64,000 bases of DNA, from contig NC_086097.1 of assembly GCF_963921235.1 (NCBI RefSeq), positions 180,484,001-180,548,000 of the forward strand, read 5' to 3'. This DNA is from Mobula hypostoma (taxonomy: Eukaryota). Each line of letters begins with the position of its first letter. Within the stretch, counting starts at the first letter, position 1. Positions 50,501-62,247 of the stretch are shown here, in pieces. The notes below the pieces were generated by a model, which worked only from the letters and a program-made list of their open reading frames with translations, was not told the origin of the DNA and made no database searches. Position numbers and translations under genes: made by a program.

Positions 50501-53500
50501 CGCTCTCTCTTTCGTGTGCGATCAGATTGGTCACAAGCATGCATGCGCTGACCCGCACTGGGGGGGGGGGGAGAGAACGGGTCACTGAGGAAGAGAGTCA
50601 TGTACAGACTAACACTCCTGCTCTAGTGACTCCAATCTTTTTGGTGATTGTACAGGCACACAAATAATTCTTACACATGTGTTAAATGCTGCTGGCTGCA
50701 GTGAGAACTTGTGGGAAAACAATGAACTTGAGTTGCTGTAAAAACATCTGTTCCCTGGCACTGTTCTGTTTTGTTCTTGCTCTCTCCATCTCCAGGTCTG
50801 TGATGTTTCAGCCTTGAAGGATCTCCCATCTCTTCAAACCCTGCATCTGGACAACACAAGCATCAGTGAGAGTTCCCTCCAGGCACTGGGTTCCCATTCC
50901 ACCCTCTCTTCACTCAGTGTGTCTGGCCTGCAGTCTCTCAGTGGCGATGTCACCCTACAGATGATCTCGGGTGAGTCAACAGTGGCCATGTTGAGCACTG
51001 TCCACACTATCTCCTCTGGTTTTCTGCTCAGTCCATTCTGCATCTGTTCTTGGGATGAAGCTTTCCATTCTAGAACAAATAAGATCTTTTTCAAAGGACA
51101 GGGCTTCCCTTCCATAACTTTGATGCTGTCCTCACCAACATCGCTTCCTTTTCCCATACATCTTCACTCCATCCTCCTGCTGCATAATAGGGATAGGATT
51201 TTTCTTGATCTTATCTACCACTTCATGAGCCTCTGTATCCAACACGTCATTCTTCATAACATCTGCCATCTACAAAGGGATCCTATCATTCAGCACGTTT
51301 TTCTTTCTGTTCCCCACTCCCTGTGTTCAGTAGGGATTGCTTTCTACCTGATTCTCTTGTCCCCTTATCTCTCCTCACTGATTTCCATCCTAGCACTTAT
51401 CCCTGAAAGTGTGATTAGTGCTACAACTCTTTTGCATCACCTCCCTCACCACCATTCAGGGTCCCAAACAGTTCTCCCAGGTGAGGTGACACTTCCACCT
51501 GTGAGTTAGTCAGGGTCATCTACTCTATCTTGTGCCCCTGGAATGGCCTCTGCTACATTGGTGAGACCAGATGTAGACAGGGGACTGCTTCATCACGTAC
51601 TTTCACTCTATACACTGCAAAAAGCAGCATCTCCCAGTGGCTACCCATCTCATTTTGACTTCCCATCACCATTCTGCATGTCTGCTGGGGGCCAGAGTCA
51701 CCTTATATTCTGCTTCAGTAGCATCCAAGCTGCTGACATGAACATTGATTTCTCTAACTTCTGGTAATCTCTCCTCTCCCTCTTCTCTTTATCCATTCTC
51801 CATTTTGGTTCCCCTCTCTCTTCCTCATCTCCCTCTGATATTCCTCCTTATTTCTTTTCTTCCATGGCCCACTGCCCTCATTTGTCAGATTCCTCCTTCA
51901 GTCCTTTACCTCTTTCACCTATGCCCTCTCAGATCTTTCTTCAACACTCCCCTCCCCCCCCCAGCCATCTTCCTTCTCACCTGATCTTACTTGTCACCTG
52001 CCAGCTGGTACTTCGTGCTCTCACTCCACCTTCTTATTCTGGTTTATGCCCCATTCCTTTCAAGACCTGTTGAAGAGTCTTAGTCTGAAACATCAACTAT
52101 TTATTTCCTGCAGTAGATGCTACCTGACCCACTGAGATCCTTCTGCATTTCATGTATGTTGCTCAAGATATGGGAATGGAATTAGGGCTATCTAGAACCT
52201 GGGTTTTCAGTTTCAGAATAACAAGGGAAATTAGGGATAGTATCAATTCCAAAGAAGAAACATACAAATTAGCCAGAAAAAGTGGCACACCTGAGGACTG
52301 GGAGAAATTCAGAGTCCAGCAGAGGAGGACAAAGGGCTTAATTAGGAAAGGGAAAAAAGATTATGAGAGAAAGCTGGCAGGGAACATAAAAACTGACTCT
52401 AAAAGCTTTCATAGATATGTGAAAAGAAAAAGATTGGTTAAGACAAATGTAGGTCCCTTACAGTCAGAAACAGGTGAATTGATCATGGGGAACAAGGACA
52501 TGGCAGACCAATTGAATAACTACTTTGGTCTGTCTTCACTAAGGAGGACATAAATAATCTTCTGGAAATAGTAGGGGACTGAGGGTCTAGTGAGATGGAG
52601 GAACTGAGGGAAATACATGTTAGTAGGGAAGTGGTGTTAGGTAAATTGAAGGGATTAAAGGTAGATAAATCCCCAGGGCCAGATGTTCTGCATCCCAGAG
52701 TGCTTAAGGAAGTAGCCCAAGAAATAGTGGATGCAGTAGTGATAATTTTTCAAAACGCTTTAGATTCTGGATTAGTTCCTGAGGATTGGAGGATGGCTAA
52801 TGTAACCCCGCTTTTAAAAAAAGGAGGGAGAGAGAAACCGGGGAATTATAGACCGGTTAGCCTGACATCGGTGGTGGGGAAAATGCTAGAGTCAGTTATC
52901 AAAGATGTGATAACAGCACTTTTGGAAAGCGGTGAAATCATCAGACAAAGTCAGCATGGATTTGTGAAAGGAAAATCATGTCTGACAAATCTCATAGAAT
53001 TTTTTGAGCATGTAACTAGTAGAGTGGATAGGGGAGAACTAGTGGATGTGGTGTATTTGGATTTTCAAAAGACTTTTGACAAGGTCCTACACAGGAGATT
53101 AGTGTGCAAACTTAAAGCAAACGGTATTGGGGCTATGGTATTGATGTGGATAGAGAATTGGTTGGCTGACAGGAAGCAAAGGGTGTGAATAAACAGGACC
53201 TTTTCAGAATGGGAGGCAGTGACTAGTGGGGTACCGCAAGGCTCAGTGCTGGGACCCCAGTTGTTTACAATATATATTAATGACTTAGACAAGGGAATTA
53301 AATGCAGCATCTCCAAGTTTGCGGATGAGACGAAGCTGGGCGGCAGTGTTAGCTGTGAGGAGGATGCTAAGAGGATGCAGGGTGACTTGGATAGGTTAGG
53401 TGAGTGGGCAAATTCATGGCAGATGCAACTTAATGTGGATAAATGTGAGGTTATCCACTTTGGTGGCAAGAACAGGAAACAGATTATTATCTGAATGGTG

Positions 53501-56500
53501 GCCGATTAGGAAAAGGGGAGGTGCAACGAGACCTGGGTGTCATTGTACACCAGTCATTGAAAGTGGGCATGCAGGTACAGCAGGCGGTGAAAAAGGCGAA
53601 CGGTATGCTGGCATTCATAGCAAGAGGATGCGAGTACAGGAGCAGGGAGGTACTACTGCAGTTGTACAGGGCCTTGGTGAGACCACACCTGGAGTATTGT
53701 GTGCAGTTTTGGTCCCCTAATCTGAGGAAAGACATTTTTGCCATAGAGAGAGTACAAAGAAGGTTCACCAGATTGATTCCTGGGATGGCAGGACTTTCAT
53801 ATGAAGAAAGACTGGATCGACTAGGTTTATACTCGCTGGAATTCAGAAGATTGAGGTGGGATCTTATTGAAACGTATAAAATTCTAAAGGGATTGGACAG
53901 GTTAGATGCAGGAAGATTGTTCCCGATGTTGGGGAAGTCCAGAATGAGGGGTCACAGTTTAAAGATAAAGGGGAAGCCTTTTAGGACCGAGATGTGGAAA
54001 AACTTCTTCACACAGAGAGTGGTGAATCTGTGGAATTCTCTGCCACAGAAAACAGTTGAGGCCAGTTCATTGGCTATATTTAAGAGGGAGTTAGATATGG
54101 CCCTTGTGGCTAAAGGGATCAGGGGGTATGGAGAGAAGGCAGGGTTCTGAGTTGGATGATCAGCCATGATCATACTGAATGGCGGTGCAGGCTCGAAGGG
54201 CCGAATGGCCTACTCCACCTATTTTCTATGTTTCTATAAGCATCTGCCCATCTCATATACTTTGAGGAAGAATCTCCTCTGAGGCTCGATTTTGAGGGCG
54301 GTACGATGACACTATTGCCAGTGACCTGGGTTCAATTACGCCACTGTCAGTAAGGAATTTGTACGTCCACCCCGTGACCGCATGGGTTTCCTCTGGGTGC
54401 TCTAGTTTCTTCCCACGTTCTTAAGATACACAAGTTATTAGGTTAATTAGTTACATGAGAGTAATAGGGCAACACAGGCTCATTGAGCTGTAAGGGTCTG
54501 TTATTGTGCTGTATCTCTAAATAAATAAATGACCATTTGGAATTCTGTACCACAGTGAACCTGTGAAGGCAGTGTCATTGAATGTGTTCATGAGAGAGGG
54601 TGGCAGATATTCATCTGTAAGAAAGTTGAGAATAGGAGAAGTGCAGGCCAAGGTTGTATCGGTCATGGTCACATTGAACGGTAGAGTAGACTTTAGACCA
54701 TAAGATATAAGAGCAGAATTAGGCCATTTGGCCCATTGAGTCTGCTCTGCTATTTTATCATGGCTGATCCAATTTTCCTCTCAGCCCCGATCTCCTGCCT
54801 TCTCCCCAAATCCCTTCATGCCCTGACCAATCAACAATCTGTCAACCTCTGCCTTAAATATACAACATATTAAGACTTGGCCTCCATGGCTGCCTGTGGC
54901 AAAGAATCCCACAGATTCACCATTCTCTGGCTAAAGAAATTCCTCCTCATCTGTTCTAAAAGGACACCCCTAAATTCTGAGGCTGTGTCCTTTGGTCCTG
55001 GACTCTTCCATCAGAGGAAACATCCTCTCCACGTCCACTCTATCAAGGCCTTTCACCATGTGATCGGTTTCAATGAAGTTACTCCTCATTCTTCTGAATT
55101 CTAGTGAAAATAGGCCCAGAGCCACCAAAAGCTCTTCACTGTACAAGCATTTACGGGTCTGATGTTCTGTTTTCACTTCTGTTTCTTATATTTTTAAGGA
55201 ATTTTACTCTGTATCTAACCAACATTGTTTTTGCCCTAAGAGTGTTTGATTGAAAGGCGTGGAGGGAGCTTTACTTTGAATCTAACCTGTACTGTCTCTG
55301 CCCCGGGAATGTTTGATGGGGTGGTGCAGAGGGAGATTTACTCTGAATCTAACTGACAGTGTTTCTGCCCTTGTTTACAAAATAATTTTATTATAAATTC
55401 AAACAAATGTACAATCACATTACAAACAAAAAAAAACCAGACAAATCATGACCAGCACAAACTAAACTAACACATTCCCATCATCAAGAATGGCATTTAT
55501 CCCCTGCAATGCCCAATGGTCTCAGAACACCTCCATGTTACCTCTAGATATTCCTTGTTCTTTTTCAACAATTATCTAGGCATGGACATACTCTCTGAAC
55601 ATTGCTAGGCAGTCAGCCCAGACAGAATCCTTTGCTGCCCATCTCCACACCCACTGATAGTTATCTTGGCCAGCCTCAGCAGCAGGTTAACTAGGACATC
55701 CCCTTCTCTTCCCCCCCCCCCCCCACTTCTGTACTGATTGTCCACTGATGAAGAGGGTGGGGCTAAGATGTAGCCAGAAAGTACTGGAGAGAGCTTTACT
55801 CAGGTGTAATTTGTGTTTGGAACCCTATCCAACAGCAGTGAAAATGTGACTTCTATGTGAAATGGGCTGAGAAACGCCCCTCTCATTTTGTTCCTCTACT
55901 CCTAGGTCTGAAGTTGATTCACCTGAAGCTGCCAGACAGACACTCAGTTAGTGATCGTGGTCTCCGCTTCCTGTCTCACTTGGATCAACTGTTGGAGCTG
56001 GATCTCACTGATTACACTCACGTCACAGATGAAGGTGTCAGCCATCTTGGCCGGCTGCTGAGGTGAGCAGTGCCCTGTTCCTAGCCAGCTACACAGAGGG
56101 CCATCGACGAGTGGTTGTGAGACAAAGTACAGAACATTGGCTAGGTGGGAAGGGGAACTACCACCCTATGCAGTCACTGAACACTTGGGAAAAGAACCCT
56201 AGAAAATAGGAAGTCATTCAGCCCTTCAGACCTGCTCTGGGGTTCAGTGTGATGATGGCTGTTTCATGTTTGGCTCAGCTTCTAGTCTCCGCCAGTTCCA
56301 CATCACCCTCACAGCCTGCAAGTAGGATGAAAGCTCCTGCACTGCCATTCAGGCTCCCAAACAGTCCTTCCAGGTGAGACTTCATCTACTGTACCTGTTG
56401 CTCCCAGAGCAGCCTCCACTGCATTAGTGAAAGCTGATGCAGGTTGGGAGACTGCTTTGCCTTTGCTCTGTTCGCTACAAAAGGTAGGATGTCCCTGTGG

Positions 56501-59500
56501 CTGCCCATTTCAGTTTGACTTCCTATTCCTATTCTGACATGTCTGTCCGTGGCCACCTCTACTGCCATGATGAAGCCACACTCAGGTTAGAGGAGCAATA
56601 CCTCCTATTCCACAAAGATAGCCTTCAACTTGATGGTATGAACATATATTCCTCTAATTTATGGTAATTTCTCCCCTCTGCTCTTTCTCTCTCTCTGTCT
56701 TTCCATTCTTCATTCTGGTTCCTCTCCCTCACTTTCTCCTCACCTGCCCATCACCTTCCTCTGATTGTCCTCTTCCTTTTTTCCACGGTGCACTCTTTTC
56801 TCCAATCGGATTTCTCCTTCAGCCTTCTACCTTTCACCTCTCCCCCTCAGCTTCTTACTTCATTCCCTCTTCCCCACCCACCTACCTTCCCCCTCACCTG
56901 TCACCTGCCAGCTTGCACTCTTTCCTCTCCCCTCCATAGATGCTGTCTGACTTGCTGAGTTCCTCCAGTATATTGTGAGCATTGCTCAAGATTTCCAGCA
57001 TCAGTAGAATCTCTTGTGTTTATGATATCCTGTCACCACAGCCCAGTGGTCCTGAAGATAGGCCTGAAAGCACCAGGTTTGAACCACACACAGCCTCTGA
57101 TCACCATCCTGTGACAGCAGCTGGAGCAGCAGTTCCAGTTCATGTTCATGCAGACCCTTTGTGCAATTACGCACAACCATTGTGTGTTTGTGGGCAGAAT
57201 CTCTGAAGATGGGCTGTTATTGTGGACCCTGTGCTGCAATGTGCACTCCTGAGTGCCCAGTTGGGTTACTTACAGGCATCGTGTGTGGGACTGCACGATA
57301 TTCTGCTTTGTGATTATGCATGTACCAAAGATAGCTCCATTGCCGCTGTTGTAAGACTGTTAAATAGATGTTTAGTTACAAAAAGATGGACTCTTGACCT
57401 CACAATCTAAGTCATTGTGATCTTGCACTTTATTGTTTACCTCCACTGCACTTTCTTTGTAGCTGTTGCACTTTATTCTGCATTCTATTTTTACCTTATT
57501 CTACCTCAATTCACTTTGCAATGAATTGATTTGAATAAACATTATGCGAGAGAAGTTTTTCCACATTACGGTGCACGTGATAATAATAAACCAATTCCAG
57601 TACCAGTCTGTTGCAGTGTTTCAGAGTCCAGCTTGTGACAATATGCGTGCACAGTGGTTCTTTGTTCACAGGGTGTTGTCTGCAGACTCTCACTAAAGGC
57701 TTCTGTCCACTTATGCAGGCTGACCAAGCTGTCACTGAGCAACACCCTGCTGACGGATGCTGGGCTGGTTCACCTGCAGCCCCTGATGTACCTGGAAGAG
57801 CTGTGCCTCGACCGCACCAGCGTGGGTAGTAGGGCAGTGGCCCACTGCGTCAGGAACCTGCCCCACTTACAGGTCTGCGGCAGGGCTTGGTGATGGGTAC
57901 TCCTGAGGGAACCACGTAATGCTTTACAGCACCAGCAGTGGTGGTTCAATTTCTACCACTGTCTATGAGGAGTTCTCCCTGTGACTGTGTCGGTTTCTTC
58001 CAGGTGCTCCGGTTTCCTACATTCCAAAGACGTAAGCTGTAGGTATGCAATGTTGGTGCCAGAAGCAAGGCGACACTTGTGGGCTGTCCTCAGCACATAT
58101 TCATTGATGTGATAGTCATTGATTTAAATAACATTTCACTGTATGCTTCAGTGTACATGCAACAAATAAATCTAATAATTCATTGTAATCTTTTATTTCC
58201 CAGAGAGGGCAGGAAGCTGGTGCTGTGCTGTCTCCCCTTCTGTAGGTGGCCCCAGTTTTATACCTGGGCAATTTTGGGTTGAACAAAACCTCCCTGTAAA
58301 CCAGCCAATAATCCAGACTCTCTTCCCCCACCTGAGGAAGGATCGCAGCGTGAAATGTCGTCTGTTCATTTCTCTCCATAGATGCTGCCTGAACGGCTAA
58401 ATCCCTCCAACAGTTTGTGTGTATTGATTCCTCCTGCTTCCAGCTTTTTTTATTTAGAGATACAACTTGGTAACTGCCCAATGGGCCCACACGGCCAATT
58501 ACATCCATGTAACCAATTAACTTACTAACCTGTAAGTAGGAGGAAACCGGAGCACCCAAAGGAGATCTATGCAGTCACAGGGGAAACGTACAAATGCCTT
58601 ACAGACATGGCAGAAATGAAACCGGGTTGCTGGTTCTGTAATAGTATTACACTAACTGCCATGCTACCATGCCCAAAATTTATGTTCAAATTTTTATTCC
58701 TGAGTATGTTGTAACAAACTTCACTCGGAATCATACAGCATAGAAACAGGCTCTTGTAACCAACTCATCCATGCCAAATAAGATGCCTATCTAAATTTGC
58801 CCGCATTTGACCTATATCCCTCTACCTTTCCTATCCATGTACTTGTCCAACTACCTTTTAAATGTTACTAATGTCCCTGAGTCAACCACGATCTCTGGCA
58901 GCTCATTGCATATACTGACCACCCTCTGGGTGAAGAAGTTACTCCCTCAGGTCCGTTTTAAATCTTTGCCCTCTCACCTTAAACCTCTGCTCTCTAATTC
59001 TTGATTCCCAAGCCCTGAGAAAAAGACTGTGTATTCACTCTGTCTGTGCCCCAAGACTTCCTAATTTGGCCTCAGTGAGGTTTGAATTCCTAGTGTTCAG
59101 ATTACTGGCCCAGGACCCTTCACACCAGTGATATACACAGTGAGTGTGGCGTCCAGATAGAGTCATAGAGCACTAATGCACAGACAAGTCCATCTAATCC
59201 ATGCTGAATTGCTATTCTGCTATTCTTCATCGACTTGCACTTGAAACATTGCCATCCATGTATGTACCTATCCAAATTTCTCTGCACCCATCATTTCCAC
59301 TGGTAGCTCATTCCACACTGGCACCACCCTCTGAATGAAGAAGCTCCCCTTCATGTTCCCCTTAAATATTTCACTTTTCACTCTTAACCCATGACCTCTA
59401 GTTATTTTTACTTATTTAGCAATAAAGCAGGATAGGCCCTTACCAAAAGTGCCCCAGCAACCTCTAACAAACCTGATTAATCCTAACCTAATTATGGGAC

Positions 59501-62247
59501 AATTTACGAAGACCAATTAATCTAGCTGGTACATCTTTAGACTGTGGGAGGAAACCAGATGACCCAGAGAAAACCCATACATTCCACAGACTTCTTACAG
59601 AATGGGACTGGAATTGAACTCCAAACTCCAGAATGCCATGAGCTGTAATATCATTGCGCCAACCGCTAAGATGACACCCAATCTCTCTGGAAAAAGCCTC
59701 CATTCACCCTTTCTATACCCTTCAATTTTGTATACCTCTATCAAATCTCCCCTCATTCTCCAACTCTCCAGGCAATAAAGTATCCAACCTTTCCCTATAC
59801 TGTAACTCATCTTCAAATCCTGGAATCGTTCTTATAAATTTTCTCTGCACTCTTTCAAAATTATTTATATTTTTCCTGTAGATAGGTGACCAGAACTATA
59901 CCCAATGTGCCAAATCTGGCCTTGCCAGCATTTTGTACATTAATATAACATCCAAACTCCTATATTCAATACTCCCAATTTATGAAAGCCTGTATGTCAA
60001 AAGCTCTCTTTATGACACTGTATACCACTTTGAAGGAATGGATTGTATTCCTGGATCCCTTTTATTCTACCACGTTCCTCAGTGCCCTACTGTTCATTGA
60101 GTAAATTCTACCATGGTTTGTTCTCTCAAAGTGGAACACCTCACATTTGTCTGCATTAAATATCATTTGCCATTTTTTTTAGCCCACTTTTCCAGTTGCT
60201 CCAGATCTTGCTGCAAGCTTTATTAATCCTTTTTTTTTTGCTGTCCAATATGCCTGCATCTGCAAATTTGCTGATCCAGTTTCTTCCCAAAAGTGTCAAT
60301 GCAAGTAGATAGAGTGGTAAAGAAAGAATATGACATGCTTGCCTTCAGTGCTAGGAGCCTGAGAGTCAGAAGTGTTACAGTTGTATAAAACTTTGGTTAG
60401 GCTGCACTTGGAGTACTGTGTGTAGTTCTGATTGCCCCATTACAGAAAGGATGTGGAGGCTTTGCAGAGAGTGCTGAAGAGATTTACTAGGATGCTGCCT
60501 GGATTGGAGGATGTGTGTGCTGTAAGGACATGTTACACATACTTAGATTGTTTCCACTGGAGTATCAGAGACTAAGGAGAGAATTGGGGCAGGACAGCAC
60601 TACAGCATAGAAGTTAACATAATGCAATTACAGTGCCAGTGACCCTGATTCAATACTGCTGCTGTCTGTAAGGGTGTAATACATGGGTGTAAGGGGGTGA
60701 TGCAGGCTTTGTGGGCCATAAAGGCCTGTTACCATGCTATATCTTTAAATAAAATCCTCATTTGTCTCCTGGCAAACCTTTCATGTAACTTTGTTCTGTA
60801 CTTGAGACAGAGCTGGGTTCGTACCCATGTACTGTAGTTGTCTTAAGTTCAGAATTCCCTGGGGCGGGGGGAATCTGGGTTGGTGTGGGGAATCTGAGCA
60901 TACTTCAGAGTGGGTGCAGGGAAGGGGAGGGACCAGCTGAATAATCAGACTGTTCATTGATGTTTAACTGCAGGCGTTGAGCTTGGCATCGACCCGTATT
61001 GGGGACACGGTGGTGACGCAGGGGCTGAGGCACTGTCTGCAACTGCTGAAGGTGAACCTGAGCCAGACTCGCATCACAGACCGAGGTACTGCCCTTCCCC
61101 TGATCCACTGCTTCCTTATGGGACCCCCAGGCTTAGATCGTCCCACCTTCCAGCTCACTGACAAATGACTGCATTCATTCCGGACATTACTCTCTGCCAC
61201 TGCGCAGAAGATGAAAGCCAGAAAGCTACCACCAGGCTCAAGCACAGCTTCTATCTCATCGCTAGTAGACTTTCGAACAGACCTCTTCTACAATAAGATG
61301 GAATCTTGGCCTCACTATCTATCTCTTTATGATCTTGCACTTTATCATTTACCTGCAGTGCACTTTTTCAGTAGTTTTTACTTTATTCCACATTATTATT
61401 GTTTTATCTTAATCTGGCTCAGTACACTGTGTAATGATTTGATCTGTATAAACAGTGTTCGAGACAAACTTTTCACTCTATCTTGGTACATGTGGCAATA
61501 ATAAACAGGAGAAGCCACAGTGTACCTTCAGTATGTTCCACCTACCACCTTCTCTGTGAAGAAATTGCCCCTCACATCCATATTAAATCTCTCCCTCTCA
61601 CCTTAAATCTGCACCCTCTATTTTTGAATTCCCTTGACTCCGGGTGGAGGGAGAAGACTGCATTCACCCTATCTACACCGTTCATGATTTTATGCCCCTT
61701 TATAAGATCACCCCTCATTCTCCTACACTAATGAATGTCCCAGCCTCCCCTACCTCTCATTATAACTTAGGCCTTTAAGTCCTGGTAACGTTCTTGAGGA
61801 ATCTTCTGTAGACTCTTTCCAATTAATTAACTCCTTTCACATAACAGGGTGACTGAACTTGTACATAGTACTCCCAGTGTAGCCTCACGGATATCACGTG
61901 ATGGGAACATAACCTCCCAAATCCTGTTCTTAATGATGAAGGCCAGTGTGCCAGATGCCGCCCTCACCATCCTACTTTTGACACATAGTGCAGAAGGAGT
62001 TAATTTCTCAGACTGATGTGATGTAGACCGGGCTAATGGCTTACCTTGTGTACTCTGATTTCTAGGCCTGAAGAACCTAAGGCAGACTAAGGTGGTCCAG
62101 GTGAACCTCGACAGAACAGGTGTGACGCTGTCTGGTATCAGTGCACTGTTGGCAGACTGCCCCAGAATCACCAGCATCCGTGCCAACAACCTGCATGCCC
62201 TCCCTCTGGACCAGGCCTCAGATGAGGAAATGGTGGCTGAAGACTGA
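26569..62247 (+). CDS. UBA-UBX-LRR domain protein, 17 coding exons, about 930 aa (uncharacterised; recalled as resembling zebrafish si:ch73-173p19.1)
   Basis: join(26569..26586,27289..27398,28249..28379,31044..31147,32836..32985,39680..40211,40984..41106,42927..43023,44156..44367,45898..46140,47437..47535,50188..50381,50796..50970,55906..56062,57719..57872,60974..61085,62066..62247). Total 2793 nt, all GT-AG, phases consistent, no internal stop. Confidence 0.88.
27289..27398 (+). CDS. Exon 2, UBA domain ([37 protein letters not shown])
   Basis: UBA MGF loop and AxEWL helix; tttcag acceptor, gtgagt donor. Confidence 0.9.
28249..28379 (+). CDS. Exon 3 (end of UBA, LLQGG...SAFNPP linker)
   Basis: ctgtag acceptor completes the Trp codon TG|G; gtaagg donor. 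Confidence 0.85.
31044..31147 (+). CDS. Exon 4, charged coiled coil ([24 protein letters not shown])
   Basis: cctcag acceptor (phase 1), gtaaat donor (phase 0). Confidence 0.85.
32836..32985 (+). CDS. Exon 5 ([17 protein letters not shown]...HCLLV)
   Basis: IxxDR coiled-coil end typical of UBXN1/SAKS1-like proteins, plus the first UBX strand; tgtag / gtgagt. Confidence 0.88.
33190..34792 (+). mobile_element. CR1 LINE fragment, split by a solo LTR and lacking its 3' tail
   Basis: [19 protein letters not shown] and [10 protein letters not shown] motifs with frameshifts. Confidence 0.9.
33367..33768 (-). mobile_element. Solo LTR (402 bp)
   Basis: TGTT...AACA termini; 5-bp TSD TAGTG/TAGTA; removal restores CR1 codons D-V-V-Y-M-D-F; AATAAA on the minus strand near 33430. 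Confidence 0.75.
34793..37455 (+). mobile_element. CR1 LINE (APE end to 3' tail) with an intact 394-codon RT C-terminal ORF 36205..37389
   Basis: VLDLVL and HLGDSD endonuclease motifs; [24 protein letters not shown]1 tail. Confidence 0.95.
35297..35646. mobile_element. Non-autonomous hAT (Charlie-like) MITE, 350 bp
   Basis: TIR CAGTGGTCCCCAACC / GGTTGGGGACCACTG; 8-bp TSD GGGTAAAG/GGGTAAAT; internally palindromic. Confidence 0.92.
37456..39343 (-). mobile_element. Tc1-like transposon remnant interrupted by a LINE
   Basis: Transposase motifs [49 protein letters not shown]-like end ~39315-39343; transposase C-terminus missing. Confidence 0.85.
38270..39035 (-). mobile_element. Rex1/Babar-type LINE 3' fragment inserted in the Tc1
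   Basis: [44 protein letters not shown]; tail aataaacctgactctga. Confidence 0.88.
39680..40211 (+). CDS. Exon 6, UBX domain (IRLPSG...LQGFPKR...[13 protein letters not shown]) plus linker
   Basis: UBX signature Arg and FP[K/R] loop, LxDLGL motif; ctccag acceptor, G|gtgaga donor. Confidence 0.9.
40984..41106 (+). CDS. Exon 7 ([10 protein letters not shown]...HLLIPP)
   Basis: ttacag acceptor, gttagt donor, phase 1-1, open frame. Confidence 0.75.
42927..43023 (+). CDS. Exon 8 (...[20 protein letters not shown]); alternative in-frame acceptor at 42939
   Basis: Phase 1-to-2 exon needed to link exons 7 and 9; ttttaag acceptor, AG|gtgggt donor. Confidence 0.7.
43735..44000. repeat. Degenerate ~55-60 nt minisatellite (gggagtgtgtgatgggacagtgtagagggagctttactctg-like); also near 40520(-), 44390-44740, 55200-55370, 62430-62600
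   Basis: Recurrent unit visible in several introns and in the 3' UTR. Confidence 0.7.
44156..44367 (+). CDS. Exon 9 (…LAQAALDRL…[18 protein letters not shown]), BC-box-like motif
   Basis: ctgcag acceptor (phase 2), G|gttggt donor. Confidence 0.85.
45898..46140 (+). CDS. Exon 10 (Cul2-box-like [13 protein letters not shown] and first LRRs)
   Basis: cctag acceptor, gtacag donor; [16 protein letters not shown]. Confidence 0.92.
47437..47535 (+). CDS. Exon 11, LRR ([29 protein letters not shown])
   Basis: Cys-containing LRR consensus; ttctag / gtttgt. Confidence 0.9.
47810..49040 (-). mobile_element. Decayed CR1 5' portion (ORF1 end and APE region)
   Basis: Colinear similarity to 9600-11560. 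Confidence 0.75.
50188..50381 (+). CDS. Exon 12, LRRs ([36 protein letters not shown])
   Basis: LxxLxLxxTxVSD repeats; ctcaaag / gtcagt. Confidence 0.9.
50796..50970 (+). CDS. Exon 13, LRRs ([13 protein letters not shown]...)
   Basis: LRR consensus; ctccag / gtgagt. Confidence 0.9.
51020..52170 (+). mobile_element. Penelope-like retroelement remnant; related pieces at 56340-57020 (+) and 46580-47080 (-)
   Basis: Decayed GIY-YIG motif (GVIY.I.C…YIGETR, ~51510-51570), pyrimidine-rich 3' region and the recurrent terminal repeat gatgctgcctgac…ctgagttcctccagca. Confidence 0.7.
52215..54237 (+). mobile_element. CR1 LINE, 5'-truncated, relatively young
   Basis: ORFs 52595..53188, 53219..53494 and 53521..54150 with RT motifs; (tttctatg)n tail. 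Confidence 0.95.
55372..55785 (-). mobile_element. Possible Tx1/L1-clade LINE 3' fragment
   Basis: Minus strand reads [10 protein letters not shown], recalled as resembling the Tx1 ORF2 C-terminus; T-rich tail ending AATAAA; sits within minisatellite units. Confidence 0.4.
55906..56062 (+). CDS. Exon 14, LRRs ([17 protein letters not shown])
   Basis: LRR consensus; cctag / gtgagc. Confidence 0.9.
57719..57872 (+). CDS. Exon 15, LRRs ([27 protein letters not shown])
   Basis: LRR consensus; atgcag / gtctgc. Confidence 0.9.
59160..60590. mobile_element. Decayed CR1 fragments (minus 59160-60285, plus 60296-60590) with a V-SINE inserted at ~59410-59670
   Basis: Similarity to CR1 3' RT region in both orientations. 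Confidence 0.7.
60974..61085 (+). CDS. Exon 16, LRRs ([25 protein letters not shown])
   Basis: LRR consensus; ctgcag / gtactg. Confidence 0.9.
62066..62247 (+). CDS. Exon 17, last LRRs and acidic tail (…[12 protein letters not shown])
   Basis: ttctag acceptor (phase 1); TGA at 62245-62247. Confidence 0.88.

Noticed and set aside
50971..51509. Long hydrophobic extension of ORF 50814..51509
   Set aside because: Past the gtgagt donor the sequence is intron/Penelope remnant.
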